From IMG/VR virus record IMGVR_UViG_3300025450_000013: a stretch of DNA of 64,000 bases; one strand, 5' to 3'. The notes below the pieces were generated by a model. That model was given only the letters and a program-made list of their open reading frames with translations. It was not told where the DNA came from and searched no databases. This DNA is from a virus. The first letter of the stretch is position 1. Every line of letters begins with the position of its first letter. Both the position numbers and the translations under genes were made by a program. Positions 24,681 to 34,253 of this stretch are shown here, piece after piece.

Positions 24681-26156
24681 TCACTTATCCTTCATGTCAA
24701 TTTTGTATATACGGAACCTAAAGTGTTCTTCACTATAGGTTTTTAACCTCTCTAAAAAATGCTTTAGAGTGAAATTTTCGCGTTTTTTGTAGGTAAAATC
24801 ATCGGCGATATCAAATAAGGTGGCGGATTTTTTCGTTGCAGAAACACGGAGTCCGCGACCAATGGACTGAAGGTTACGGATCTTGGACTTGGAAGGAGAT
24901 GCAAAGACGATGTTGTCCAAGGCCACAATATTAGTACCAGTGCTAAGAACACCAACGGACCCAACAATAATAGCATCACGTTCGTTCTCGACGACCCTGC
25001 GTATTTGTTCTCTGTCTTCGACATCAGTTCCTCCATGAATAAAAAAGACCTTACGGCCGTCCTTGACTTTCTTATTTAGCATGTCGTGGAGGACGGTCCC
25101 ATGCTTCTCAACAAAGTTAAATAGTAATAAGGTATTGCCTTCTAAAGACAAGACAAGATTACATATAAACTTATTACGACTATTATTAGATATAATATAT
25201 TCAAGTTCCTCTTGGTATGTGGCCGATTTCATATAGTGACATTCTTCCTCACTATATTTCAACAAAAGACACTTGATGGTAAGTTCTGCTAGTTGTTTCT
25301 TCTCCATCAGTTCTTTTGATGTGGTAGCCTTATATATCTGCCCGAATAATCCCATCAATACCCATTCGTGTGCCTTGGCACCGGATAATGTGCCTGTTAC
25401 ACCGAGTCGGTATTCTGCTTTGGTACATTTGGAAAGGATATCAGATAGAGCCTTGGCCTGTGCTTGATGAACTTCGTCACAGATTACATAATCAAACTGC
25501 TCAAAGTATTCTTTAGGCATCCTAAACAAGGACTGCCAAGTGGATATCATAATGGGATGTTCGGAGTTTTTATCTTTACCTGAATATACTCTCCAACAAT
25601 ACTTGAACATATCCTTACCATTCTTAGTAGAATAGTCTTGGAAGTCGGAGAACATTTGTTCTACTAGTGCGGACCTAGGAACAATGAGAAGGCCTCGCTT
25701 CCCTTGTTTGAGCAAATAATTGCAAACAAGGTATAGCAAAAGAGACTTGCCGGAACCAGTAGGAGACAACACAATGCGACGTTTAGAACGAATAGAATGA
25801 ACGAAAGCATCCATTTGATAATCGCGTGGAGGGTGTTTAGGATTGAGTATTTCAACATATTCTTTAGCCTCTTCTAAGGAGAATGATGTATCTAAGTCTT
25901 CATCCTCATACTCATATGTATAACCTCTCTCCTTGATCCACTTCATTACCTGTGGTGCAAGGCCACGATATATCAAACCTGTGGTAGGTGAATAAAGTCT
26001 GAGGTATCCATCCCAAAGTTTCTGCTTGTAAGAAGGAACAAACTGAAACCCTGGGGGACGGAAAGAAAATGCATCTCGCAATTCCCATCCTTTACCTTCA
26101 TCACAACGGATATGGATGTAGGCCTCATTCTTATTTGTTATAACAAAGTCTATCAT
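24681..26156 (-). CDS. uvsW: SF2 DNA helicase UvsW
   Basis: WDGYLRL, PRDYQ, SPTGSGKS, STWQS, DEVH, TGT, QSIGRGLR. Confidence 0.97.
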   Translation of the reverse strand: MIDFVITNKNEAYIHIRCDEGKGWELRDAFSFRPPGFQFVPSYKQKLWDGYLRLYSPTTGLIYRGLAPQVMKWIKERGYTYEYEDEDLDTSFSLEEAKEYVEILNPKHPPRDYQMDAFVHSIRSKRRIVLSPTGSGKSLLLYLVCNYLLKQGKRGLLIVPRSALVEQMFSDFQDYSTKNGKDMFKYCWRVYSGKDKNSEHPIMISTWQSLFRMPKEYFEQFDYVICDEVHQAQAKALSDILSKCTKAEYRLGVTGTLSGAKAHEWVLMGLFGQIYKATTSKELMEKKQLAELTIKCLLLKYSEEECHYMKSATYQEELEYIISNNSRNKFICNLVLSLEGNTLLLFNFVEKHGTVLHDMLNKKVKDGRKVFFIHGGTDVEDREQIRRVVENERDAIIVGSVGVLSTGTNIVALDNIVFASPSKSKIRNLQSIGRGLRVSATKKSATLFDIADDFTYKKRENFTLKHFLERLKTYSEEHFRFRIYKIDMKDK

Positions 26157-26608
26157 CTATCCGTCATTTTCTTCCATTCAATAAAGGATCTTAGAGCATA
26201 TACTCTACTGTTTAGTTCCTTTATAATAGAGGTGCAAAACTCTACAATTTCTTCATGGACTACTTTTTTAAGAACTAGATTATTTAGGTCTTCGTCCGCG
26301 TCCATGTATATTGGTGTATATTGTTTGATTATAATACGACCTTGAGGTTCCCAACCACGTTCTTTCAGTTCTTCCATATCAAGTTCACCTTGATAATATT
26401 GATGCTTAATCAAACGCATTTTATTATAGTCATTGGTAAACTTCTTGACTAACATTCTATGGTGAGATAGAATGTGTAAGTATTTACCATGAAGGGAAGA
26501 AATACGTATTAGTTCTAGGCCTGGTTCAGTGGAGTCAATAGCACAATCCTTATGCCATTCTTCCATTAGGTCATCAAGTTTAACTGGTGGTCGCAAAGCA
26601 AACTCCAT
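26153..26608 (-). CDS. uvsY: Recombination mediator UvsY
   Basis: EWHKDCAID, LHGKYL, YYQG, YMDADEDL, IEWKK; directly upstream of uvsW. Confidence 0.9.
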   Translation of the reverse strand: MEFALRPPVKLDDLMEEWHKDCAIDSTEPGLELIRISSLHGKYLHILSHHRMLVKKFTNDYNKMRLIKHQYYQGELDMEELKERGWEPQGRIIIKQYTPIYMDADEDLNNLVLKKVVHEEIVEFCTSIIKELNSRVYALRSFIEWKKMTDR

Positions 26609-26624
26609 TCATTATCAAATGACT

Positions 26625-26653
26625 ATTATACAGGAATATTATACGGAAGTCAA
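26625..26653 (-). promoter_or_regulatory. sigma70 promoter for uvsY-uvsW
   Basis: TTGACT-17 nt-TATAAT. Confidence 0.75.
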
Positions 26654-27163
26654 TCTCTCAATTTCAAAGAGGTCATAACGGAAGGTAAAGTCAGCGGTAG
26701 GAATAACATCCGCGTCTACCTTGGTATCAAAGGATATTAATCCAATTGATGTCGGGTGACAGTTATGGAACTTTACCCGAATGTTAGGATTATTTGCATT
26801 GGTATTTACGGTAAGATATCCGTCAAAATAAAGTGGTGCTTTAGGATTCTTTGCCTTAATGTATTGAGCATATGATTGTGGTCTGGTTAGACCTACCAAC
26901 CACTTATATGTCTCCTCCCATACCCGAAGGTCCTCATCGATAATAGCAGTGATGGTGAAAGCATCATATACTAGTTTATCACCGTGACGATATGTATTAG
27001 AAAATGGTGTAGGAACCATAACCTCTGTGGTAGATACTGAAGGTAGATTGACCGTTTGACAGAAATATTTTAGAAACGGAAGATCAGGAATAATGAACGT
27101 GAACTTGGTACTCTGTAGAATACTGGTGTTCGTAGGTGTCTGTGGTAAAAATTCTGTAGTCAT
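26639..27163 (-). CDS. gp3: Tail completion / tube terminator protein
   Basis: YFCQTVNLPSVS, GDKLVY, IDEDL..W.E.YKW, PTSIGLISFD; start MTTEF behind GGAGG; late promoter CTAAATA at 27179-27185. Confidence 0.9.
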   Translation of the reverse strand: MTTEFLPQTPTNTSILQSTKFTFIIPDLPFLKYFCQTVNLPSVSTTEVMVPTPFSNTYRHGDKLVYDAFTITAIIDEDLRVWEETYKWLVGLTRPQSYAQYIKAKNPKAPLYFDGYLTVNTNANNPNIRVKFHNCHPTSIGLISFDTKVDADVIPTADFTFRYDLFEIERLTSV

Positions 27164-27309
27164 ATTTCCTCCGTCCATTATTTAGGCATTCACTTTTGAC
27201 GGCCAACATTACGAAAGTTTAATGTTCCGTTAATGTTTGGTTCATTGAAAAAAGTTTTTTGATGACTATATACTATTAGGTTAGATTACGAACGACCAAG
27301 GAGGTTATT

Positions 27310-27870
27310 ATGGGTATCATTTACTGTTACACAAACAAGGTTACTGGAAAGAAATATATCGGACAAACCATACATCCAGAACAAAGGAAACGCAACCACT
27401 TGCACGAAGCAATGGAAAGAGATTCTAATTATTATTTCCATCGTTCTATCAGGAAACACGGATGGAATAACTTTGACTATGAGGTTCTGGAAGAAAATGT
27501 TGAGAACCTAAATGAAAGAGAAAACCATTATATTAATATGTATAATACATTATGGCCCAGTGGATACAACCAATGTCCTGCCGCAGCATTAGATAAGACC
27601 GCTATTGAGAAGATGAAAGATACTAAAAGAAAACAGTTTTTCTCCATGTCAGAAGAAGAACGCAGAGCAAGAGTAGAGTGTATGGTACAAGCCAATATTG
27701 GATCTAAACGAACAGAAGAAACAAAAAAGAAAATGAGTGATTCAGCAAAAAAGTATCTTGCTGAAAATCCAAGAGTCAGAAGCGAAGAAACTAAAAAGAA
27801 AACAAGCGAAACTATGAAAAGAATAAGAGCAGAAAAGTTTTGGTCGACCAACAAAAATGCCGGGGAGTAA
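27310..27870 (+). mobile_element. Free-standing GIY-YIG homing endonuclease with NUMOD3 repeats (Seg-like)
   Basis: IIYCYTNKVTGKKYIGQT, RE, GYN, RTEETKKKMS, RSEETKKKTS; AAGGAGG SD; opposite strand, just after gp23. Confidence 0.88.
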
Positions 27871-27884
27871 ATCCCCGGCAGTTT
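27853..27884. terminator. Terminator between gp23 and the convergent endonuclease
   Basis: TGCCGGGGA-5 nt-TCCCCGGCA with TTTTT on the minus side and GTTT on the plus side. Confidence 0.75.
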
Positions 27885-27924
27885 GTCTTATACACTTATA
27901 AGTTGTGTATAAGTATTTGATAAA

Positions 27925-29295
27925 TCAAGTGAGGTTCCGCACTCTGAAAATACGGTAGTAGATGTTAGCCTGACCTGATGTGTTGCGGTCGCCAACTACA
28001 CCATCGCCGTTTGAAGTTGCGAACGGATTGGCAACCATTCCGTAACGTGTTTTGAAACCAATCTTTGGCTGGAATGTATCCTGACCGATTGCACGAACCA
28101 TCTGTAGTGGAACGTATGGGCAGTAGAATAGACCAGCGTCAAATGGTGACTGACCACGGAAGCCAACTGTGACAAGCTCGTCGCCGACTGCTGAACCACC
28201 GAAGTAAGGATCAATATAAACCTTAATGCGGTTGTGAAGCATACCAACGAAGGTGTTGCCTGTATCGTCAACTGTTAGGTCGGCAGATAGAGCAGGTGTA
28301 TAGGAAAGAACACCAGCCATAGCCATAGCAGATGCAACGTCTGAAGAAACGATGATGACGTTGCCTTTGCCGCGACGGGTTGCCTTCGCAATAGCGTTGG
28401 CTTCGCGTTCAATCTGGAAAATAAGACCTTTGAACTTCTCAACTGACCAACGGCCGTTTGAGTCTGTGTCAAGATCGAATGTACCAGCAGTTGTAACACC
28501 ATACTGAGCACCAACTGATGCTGAACGGTAGATTGTGCGGATAACTTCACGGTTGATTTCTGCTAGGATCTCTGTTGAGAGAATGTTAGCAAGTTCTGTC
28601 TCAGCATCAAGGCCGTGAATGGCTTTAAGATCCTGAGCAAGTTCTGTGGTGTATTCTGCTTTTAGCGCACGGCTACGAGCAGTAACAGTGACTTTATCAA
28701 TGTTGAATGCCATTTCAGCAAAAGCATTACCTGAAGTACCGTCGCCGAGTGCTTCAGCCTGTGCTGTTGTCATGCCTTTACCAACACCGTATGTTGCTGA
28801 ATCGCCAAGAGCGAAAACAGGATCGGTGTTTGATGTGTTACCAGATGTAGCACCAGCAAGACCACCAGCAGCGTTCTGTGAAGAGAAAGCTGAGTTAGCT
28901 TCAAAGAACAATGCTTCGTTTGCTGTTGCAGGTGTCTGACCGTATGGAACAGTCTGGTTGCTATAACGGGCACGCATAGCAAAGATAAGGCCGGTAGGAC
29001 CTGTCATTGGCTGAACGCCGCAAACGTCATAAGCGATTAGGTTAGGAAGCGCACGACGGACAAGAGAAATAAGAATTGGATCGTATGAACCAATTGCTGT
29101 ACCAGCACCGAGGCCGCCACCTGAGTTTGTAGGTGCAGCTTCGTTAAGTGTGCGGCTTTCCTCAGCCATTGCTTTTTCTTGGTTCTCAAGAACTACGGCT
29201 GTAACCGCACGGCGGTATGGATCCTTAATTGATGAGAGACCGTCGTGGTCAAGAACTGGTGACCACTTCTGCTCTAGTTGTTCTGTTAAATACAT
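27925..29295 (-). CDS. gp23: Major capsid protein
   Basis: KWSPVL, LENQ, DPILISLVRR, GVQPMTGPTGLIFAMR, SRALKAEYT.ELAQDLKAIHGLDAE, YCPYVPL, FQPKIGFKTRYG. Confidence 0.99.
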   Translation of the reverse strand: MYLTEQLEQKWSPVLDHDGLSSIKDPYRRAVTAVVLENQEKAMAEESRTLNEAAPTNSGGGLGAGTAIGSYDPILISLVRRALPNLIAYDVCGVQPMTGPTGLIFAMRARYSNQTVPYGQTPATANEALFFEANSAFSSQNAAGGLAGATSGNTSNTDPVFALGDSATYGVGKGMTTAQAEALGDGTSGNAFAEMAFNIDKVTVTARSRALKAEYTTELAQDLKAIHGLDAETELANILSTEILAEINREVIRTIYRSASVGAQYGVTTAGTFDLDTDSNGRWSVEKFKGLIFQIEREANAIAKATRRGKGNVIIVSSDVASAMAMAGVLSYTPALSADLTVDDTGNTFVGMLHNRIKVYIDPYFGGSAVGDELVTVGFRGQSPFDAGLFYCPYVPLQMVRAIGQDTFQPKIGFKTRYGMVANPFATSNGDGVVGDRNTSGQANIYYRIFRVRNLT

Positions 29296-29330
29296 TTTAG
29301 TTTCCTTCTTTCTATGTTACTAAAGTTAAA

Positions 29331-30770
29331 TTACTTTGGGAGGCTTCTACCAAGTGCTTTTACGTAGTTTGCCATAGGACCTTCAAGATTGCTTTCGTTA
29401 ATCATTGATGGATCTGCGGACTCTACGCGGTCAAGCACCTCATCAGCCTTAACTGATGTTGGGAAGTAGTTCTCTCGTAGTGTTGAAATTTTTTCGATAA
29501 ACTGGTCATCGTTATTATAAGCAACATTCTCAACGAGACCTTTAAGTTTCTCGGCCTGAGTAGTTGTAAGACCTTCACAAACATAACCTACCAACTCATT
29601 CTTACGAGCCTCAGCAATCATGCCTGTTAGAGCAACATTGCGTTCAATCTCTTCATTGAGTTTTGCTTCAAGTTCTTCAACGGTATGTGAAAGTTCTTCT
29701 ACAACGGCAACTTCCTCTTCAGGAATGTCGATGTAGTGTTCGGCGAATAGTGAACGAAGACCGCTGATGAAATCCTCGGTAAGTTCGCTACGGAGAGCGG
29801 ACTCAACGGCAACTTCATTTTCTTCGATCCATTGTTCAACTACGTAATTGAGATAGTTATCAACGTCAGATGAAAGTTGTTCCATAATCTCTGCAACTCT
29901 TTCTTCCAATGTCTCTGCATAAGCCTGCTCAAGTAGGGCAACTTCTTCTTCAAGTTTCGCTTTTACAGCAGATTCAAAAATTGTGGTTGCCTTAGCATGA
30001 AAATCTTCTGAGAGGTTTTCACCTTCGAGTAGAGCATTAACATGTTCAGACATGTCAACTGGATAATACTCGACTGGTGATTCCTCTGATGTCTCTTCGT
30101 CTAGAACTTCTTCTGAAAATTCAAAGTTCTCTTCAATTGCTGCAAGTATCTCTTCTTCTGAAAGACCTGCTTCAATTTGTTCGTTGATAAATGCCTCTAG
30201 TTCTTCAGAAAGTTCAATTTCTTCTTCTAGTGATTCTTCTTTATCTTCTTCCATTGAACAAGCAGCAGCCATTTTTGATTTCTTAGCTGCTTCTTTAATG
30301 GTTGCAACACGATCTGCAATTGCTGATGTTTCAGCAACTACTGGACGGTCATCTTCCATCTCTTCTGGAAGACCAGCAGGAGAAGATGAACCGGACTGTG
30401 GTTGTGCTTTTAGTGATTTCTTACCTTCACCTTTAACGGATGGAACAGATGACTTTGATGTGTCTTTGCCGGTTTTGCCAGCAGCTTTAGCACCAAGGTT
30501 ATCTTTTGCTAGGCTTGTTGGTGTAGCACCACCAAGATCCTCAACACCGTCAAAATCTGATGGACCAGAAGCACCGTTGCCTTGAGCATGACGGTCTTCT
30601 TTAGCCTTTGTACCAGGATGCAATGTCTTGGCGTTGGCTGTATTAACTGTTGAAGGATCAACTGGATTAGGATTTGAAATCTTACCAGGTGATACTTCTG
30701 GATAAGCACCTTCGGTTAGTTGCTTACCTTCTAGAACAGCTTTAGCTGCTTCGGTTAGTGATTTACCCAT
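29331..30770 (-). CDS. gp22: Prohead core scaffolding protein with long N-terminal extension
   Basis: LSEDFHAKATTIFESAV, YLNYVVEQWIEENEVAVE, LFAEHYIDIPEE, LRENYF. Confidence 0.93.
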   Translation of the reverse strand: MGKSLTEAAKAVLEGKQLTEGAYPEVSPGKISNPNPVDPSTVNTANAKTLHPGTKAKEDRHAQGNGASGPSDFDGVEDLGGATPTSLAKDNLGAKAAGKTGKDTSKSSVPSVKGEGKKSLKAQPQSGSSSPAGLPEEMEDDRPVVAETSAIADRVATIKEAAKKSKMAAACSMEEDKEESLEEEIELSEELEAFINEQIEAGLSEEEILAAIEENFEFSEEVLDEETSEESPVEYYPVDMSEHVNALLEGENLSEDFHAKATTIFESAVKAKLEEEVALLEQAYAETLEERVAEIMEQLSSDVDNYLNYVVEQWIEENEVAVESALRSELTEDFISGLRSLFAEHYIDIPEEEVAVVEELSHTVEELEAKLNEEIERNVALTGMIAEARKNELVGYVCEGLTTTQAEKLKGLVENVAYNNDDQFIEKISTLRENYFPTSVKADEVLDRVESADPSMINESNLEGPMANYVKALGRSLPK

Positions 30771-30798
30771 GTTTAGGATACTCCTTTATTTCCTATGT

Positions 30799-30805
30799 TA
30801 TTTAG
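30799..30805 (-). promoter_or_regulatory. Late promoter for gp22-23
   Basis: CTAAATA; the same TAAATA core occurs at 31482, 37804, 40210, 47298, 51266, 54136 and 61773. Confidence 0.7.
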
Positions 30806-30809
30806 TATT

Positions 30810-31457
30810 TTACAATTTTGAAATATAATTTTCAAAAATCTTTAAGGCTACAGATTCAATATCGTGTTTGGATGCTTCTTTAATGAGTTTTACCGCACGG
30901 TAGTGATCTTGTTCATGCCACTCTCCGTTTAGAAAAACCCACTCTTTGCCTTCCATTATACCACGAACGAATGCCTCTGGTGCTGATGGGTCGGCCACAA
31001 CATCTGCTGCTGTTGCTAACTTGTAATCATCTTGGACTTGTTGATAACCATTGTGTGCTTTAAGAGACCCTACACCTCTCGTTGACACACCAAGGCTTGC
31101 ACCACCATCTAGTAGACTCTTAACTATTTTACCGTTAGGAGTATCTAAAATCTTTGCTTTACCAATAAAATTATTCCCGTCAGGATGTAATGATGTAATC
31201 ATGTGGGACACACGGTCTAGGTTAATTTGAGGATTCTCAGGATGACCTAGCTCACCAAACGCTCTGTTCTTTTGAACGTATTCGCGGTTGTAACGATCTG
31301 CCTCTTTGGAAAGGACATTCAATGGATAAACACGACCGTTTCTATTGACCTTCTCGGCCTGCATAAAGATACCTTGAATAAAGTGGTTTTTTCCACCTTT
31401 ACCATTATCTTCAACAAGATATTGAATGTCTAGAATTTCTTCGGTTATTAGTTTCAT
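30810..31457 (-). CDS. gp21: Prohead protease
   Basis: MKLITE, NRNGRVYP, GELGHP, INLDRVSH, GVSTRGVGS, D.VADPSAP.AFV. Confidence 0.98.
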   Translation of the reverse strand: MKLITEEILDIQYLVEDNGKGGKNHFIQGIFMQAEKVNRNGRVYPLNVLSKEADRYNREYVQKNRAFGELGHPENPQINLDRVSHMITSLHPDGNNFIGKAKILDTPNGKIVKSLLDGGASLGVSTRGVGSLKAHNGYQQVQDDYKLATAADVVADPSAPEAFVRGIMEGKEWVFLNGEWHEQDHYRAVKLIKEASKHDIESVALKIFENYISKL

Positions 31458-31484
31458 TGGTTTCCTCTACCTTTATAGGTATAT

Positions 31485-32246
31485 TTAGTTGTTTTCTTCC
31501 GATAATGGATTAGATGACATGGATCCAAGAGTTCTTAAAACAGGATTATCTCCAATACGTTTAGCTGTATTTTTAATAGATGTATTCCATTTCTTATATC
31601 CAATAGCACGACCTAATCTTTTTGCTTTATTCGTTTGACCGCGTTCTTTCCAACTTTGTATTTTTTCAGCCCTTCTTTGTGCTTTAACATTTGCTATTGT
31701 TTTTTTAGAAAGTTTAGCCCAATCAGGTTTTTTTAATTTATCATCTTGTTTTGTAGGAGCAGTAGGTTGATCATCTTTTTTTATTCCAAAAGCACCTTTT
31801 TGTGGCTTTGTAGCAGATGGTTTTGATTCTGGTTCTTTTTCATCAACATCAGCCATAGCTTGTGCAGTTTTACCAAATTGTTTACCAAGTTTTTCTGCAC
31901 TTGTTTTAGCTCTTCTTTCTAATTCTGATGATGGTTTTGTCCAACCGGTTTCTCCATCTTCATCTAACTTTTTTTTACGTGTTTTTGGTTTTTTTAATTT
32001 TTCTTTATGCTCTTGCTCAATTTCTTTAAGTTTATCCATTACATCAAAATAATGAGATGCTTTAATAAATCCTGCTTTCTTTCTATCCTCAATGTCTTGT
32101 TTAGACATACCACCCATGGCCTCAGCCTGCATCATTTTCTTTTTTTCAACAAGTTTCTTTTCAACGATGCTATTCAATCGTTCCTCAAAAATCTGAGAAG
32201 CGGCAACGTAATTTTCGGAAAGGATGTGTTCTAATAAATCATTCAT
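31485..32246 (-). CDS. Head-core/internal protein with N-terminal gp67-like module and basic tail
   Basis: MNDLLEHILSENYVAASQIFEERLNSIVEKKL resembles T4 gp67; lies between gp20 and gp21. Confidence 0.55.
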   Translation of the reverse strand: MNDLLEHILSENYVAASQIFEERLNSIVEKKLVEKKKMMQAEAMGGMSKQDIEDRKKAGFIKASHYFDVMDKLKEIEQEHKEKLKKPKTRKKKLDEDGETGWTKPSSELERRAKTSAEKLGKQFGKTAQAMADVDEKEPESKPSATKPQKGAFGIKKDDQPTAPTKQDDKLKKPDWAKLSKKTIANVKAQRRAEKIQSWKERGQTNKAKRLGRAIGYKKWNTSIKNTAKRIGDNPVLRTLGSMSSNPLSEENN

Positions 32247-32767
32247 CTTAGGTTACCTTGGAAATCGTAAGCATTAAATGCCGCAGGATCAGCAGTTTGA
32301 CCGTTATCATAATCACGGTTATCTTTCTTGAGGTCAATGAAAATAGTCACTGCGTCAGATGATGCAACTGAACCAATATTAGAAATAACAATATTTCCTG
32401 TTGTGTTAGCAACCGCAGGTGGAGAAATAGCAGCAGACATACCTTGCGGATCAAAATTAAAATCAAACATACCAGATCCAATTGATACAATATCGGAATT
32501 GGCATCTGATTGCCAACCAAGAGCAATACTATAACCTGATTTAAACTGGCCTTGTCCAAAAATACGTTTAATGGTTGTTCTGTATGTTGATTTTATGTCT
32601 GTATTAGATGACATAATACGATTGTTTGTATTCATCGCATATACCAACTGAGAAGCATTTACCAACAAAACATTTGCTGTTGATGTTCCGTCAAAACGGA
32701 TAACATATTTTAGCAATGCTCTATTGTGATTATCAATGACCTTTTGTTCTGTTATTACGTTTGCCAT
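32243..32767 (-). CDS. Hypothetical virion protein
   Basis: 174 aa, beta-rich composition, within the head operon. Confidence 0.6.
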   Translation of the reverse strand: MANVITEQKVIDNHNRALLKYVIRFDGTSTANVLLVNASQLVYAMNTNNRIMSSNTDIKSTYRTTIKRIFGQGQFKSGYSIALGWQSDANSDIVSIGSGMFDFNFDPQGMSAAISPPAVANTTGNIVISNIGSVASSDAVTIFIDLKKDNRDYDNGQTADPAAFNAYDFQGNLR

Positions 32768-32769
32768 TT

Positions 32770-33696
32770 TTAGTTCCTAATTGAGAAGTTTAATAGTTTC
32801 TTGAAGGACTCAAGGTCTTCATTTAGCATACCTTCAACAATTTTTTTGTTTTTGGTATTAACCGAGTCATAAACTTCAAGTATTCTTTTTGCCATAGATG
32901 TATTTAGTGTAACTTGCCTTCCATTAATAGAAAGATCCATGTTATCAATACCTTCTTTAATCATGGTGCGAATATCTGTAATCTTGTTTTCTTTTATAGG
33001 AGCAATAGCAGCCTGCTTGGCCTTTGATTGATAAACAGGATCGGATGTAGGTTTATTTTCCCAAGAACTGCTAACTTTAGCTGTAGCATCATGTTTTTGT
33101 TGTGTTTGACTTACAGGCTTTTCATTTTTATCATCACTCTTTTCTTTTTTATCATCGTCTTTTTCATCGTCACCTACTAATGCTTTGCCTACCATTTTAA
33201 GACCTTTTTTAGCTAAGTCTTTTAAACCAGTAGAACCTAAAGCACGAAGGCTTAGACCAATTAAAGGATTTTCCTCAAGTTTTTCTTCACGGAGTTTTTC
33301 AACTCTTTCTTTGAAACTTTCATATGTTGGTCTGGTTGTATAAGAAGGATTACCTGGGCCGTCTTCTTTGACAGGTACACAATTTGGTACCTCTCTATTA
33401 CCTTTTTTCTTCATACCAACCTGTTCATAACCTTTCCAACAAGCCTCACTTAGATTTACATTATCTGGTCCAATTGGAATGGAAAGATACTTATCCATTA
33501 CTTTTGAATAGTAAAGAGCAACAACCTGACCTTTAGGATAGGATCTAAAAGATACTCTTCTAAAAACTATTACTGCTGGCATCTCTTTTGTAGATGGTAT
33601 AACACTTTTCTCAAGCATCAACTCCTCAGGAAGAACTTCAACCTGAGACATAAATTTATCATTATATTCTTCACGGATTTGTTTTAGCGTTTTCAT
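32770..33696 (-). CDS. Probable internal head protein (gp68-region)
   Basis: N-terminal MKTLKQIREE resembles the T4 capsid-targeting sequence; several (I/L/V)xE sites flank the module ACWKGYEQVGMKKKGNREVPNCVP. Confidence 0.55.
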   Translation of the reverse strand: MKTLKQIREEYNDKFMSQVEVLPEELMLEKSVIPSTKEMPAVIVFRRVSFRSYPKGQVVALYYSKVMDKYLSIPIGPDNVNLSEACWKGYEQVGMKKKGNREVPNCVPVKEDGPGNPSYTTRPTYESFKERVEKLREEKLEENPLIGLSLRALGSTGLKDLAKKGLKMVGKALVGDDEKDDDKKEKSDDKNEKPVSQTQQKHDATAKVSSSWENKPTSDPVYQSKAKQAAIAPIKENKITDIRTMIKEGIDNMDLSINGRQVTLNTSMAKRILEVYDSVNTKNKKIVEGMLNEDLESFKKLLNFSIRN

Positions 33697-34190
33697 TTAT
33701 TACCTTTTGCTTCTTGTCTTGACTTACTAATTTTCTTTTTTGCTTCATCAGTATGTTTGTAAAGGTTTGTTTTTCCCTTGTTATGGCCACCCCAACCTTT
33801 AAGACCTTTATTCCAAGGCACACGACCTTTAATAGCATCACTTAATTTCTTTTTTGTTTCTTCGCTATAAACTTTACCTTTATGAGATTTACTCATTTTT
33901 CTTTTGGTTTCATCCGAATGATAACATCCTGAGGAACCTTCTCCACCGTCAGTCATATTTCTTAATATTCCTGTTCCATTATCTTTACGACCATACCAAC
34001 GAATATAAAATCTTTCTAGAGCAAGGGCACCAATATCTGTCAAGTTAGATTCCATAAGCACTATTCTTGATTTATCTTTTGGAGGTTTAACCTCGTTTTC
34101 ACGATATTTATAATATGCTCTTTTACCTTTACCCTTACCAATATAATATGGTGTACCATCTGTTCTTAGATATGCATAAATATAAAACAT
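33693..34190 (-). mobile_element. Free-standing GIY-YIG homing endonuclease with NUMOD3 repeats
   Basis: YIYAYLRTDGTPYYIGKG, LRNMTDGGEG, HSDETKRKMS, VPWNKG; start moved to MFYIY behind AAGGAG. Confidence 0.88.
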
Positions 34191-34245
34191 GCTGTGTCTC
34201 CTTATTAGACATAGAGTAGGCAGGTTCCCCAACCGTGGCCTACAC
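34191..34245 (-). promoter_or_regulatory. Structured leader of the endonuclease gene
   Basis: GTAGGC-CAC-GGTT-GGGG-AACC-T-GCCTAC hairpin, then TGTCT/AGACA enclosing and overlapping the SD. Confidence 0.5.
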
Positions 34246-34253
34246 TTTATTCA

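Noticed and set aside
21778-34232. Group I introns or inteins carrying the endonucleases
   Set aside because: Flanking core genes are uninterrupted and of normal length, so the endonucleases are free-standing
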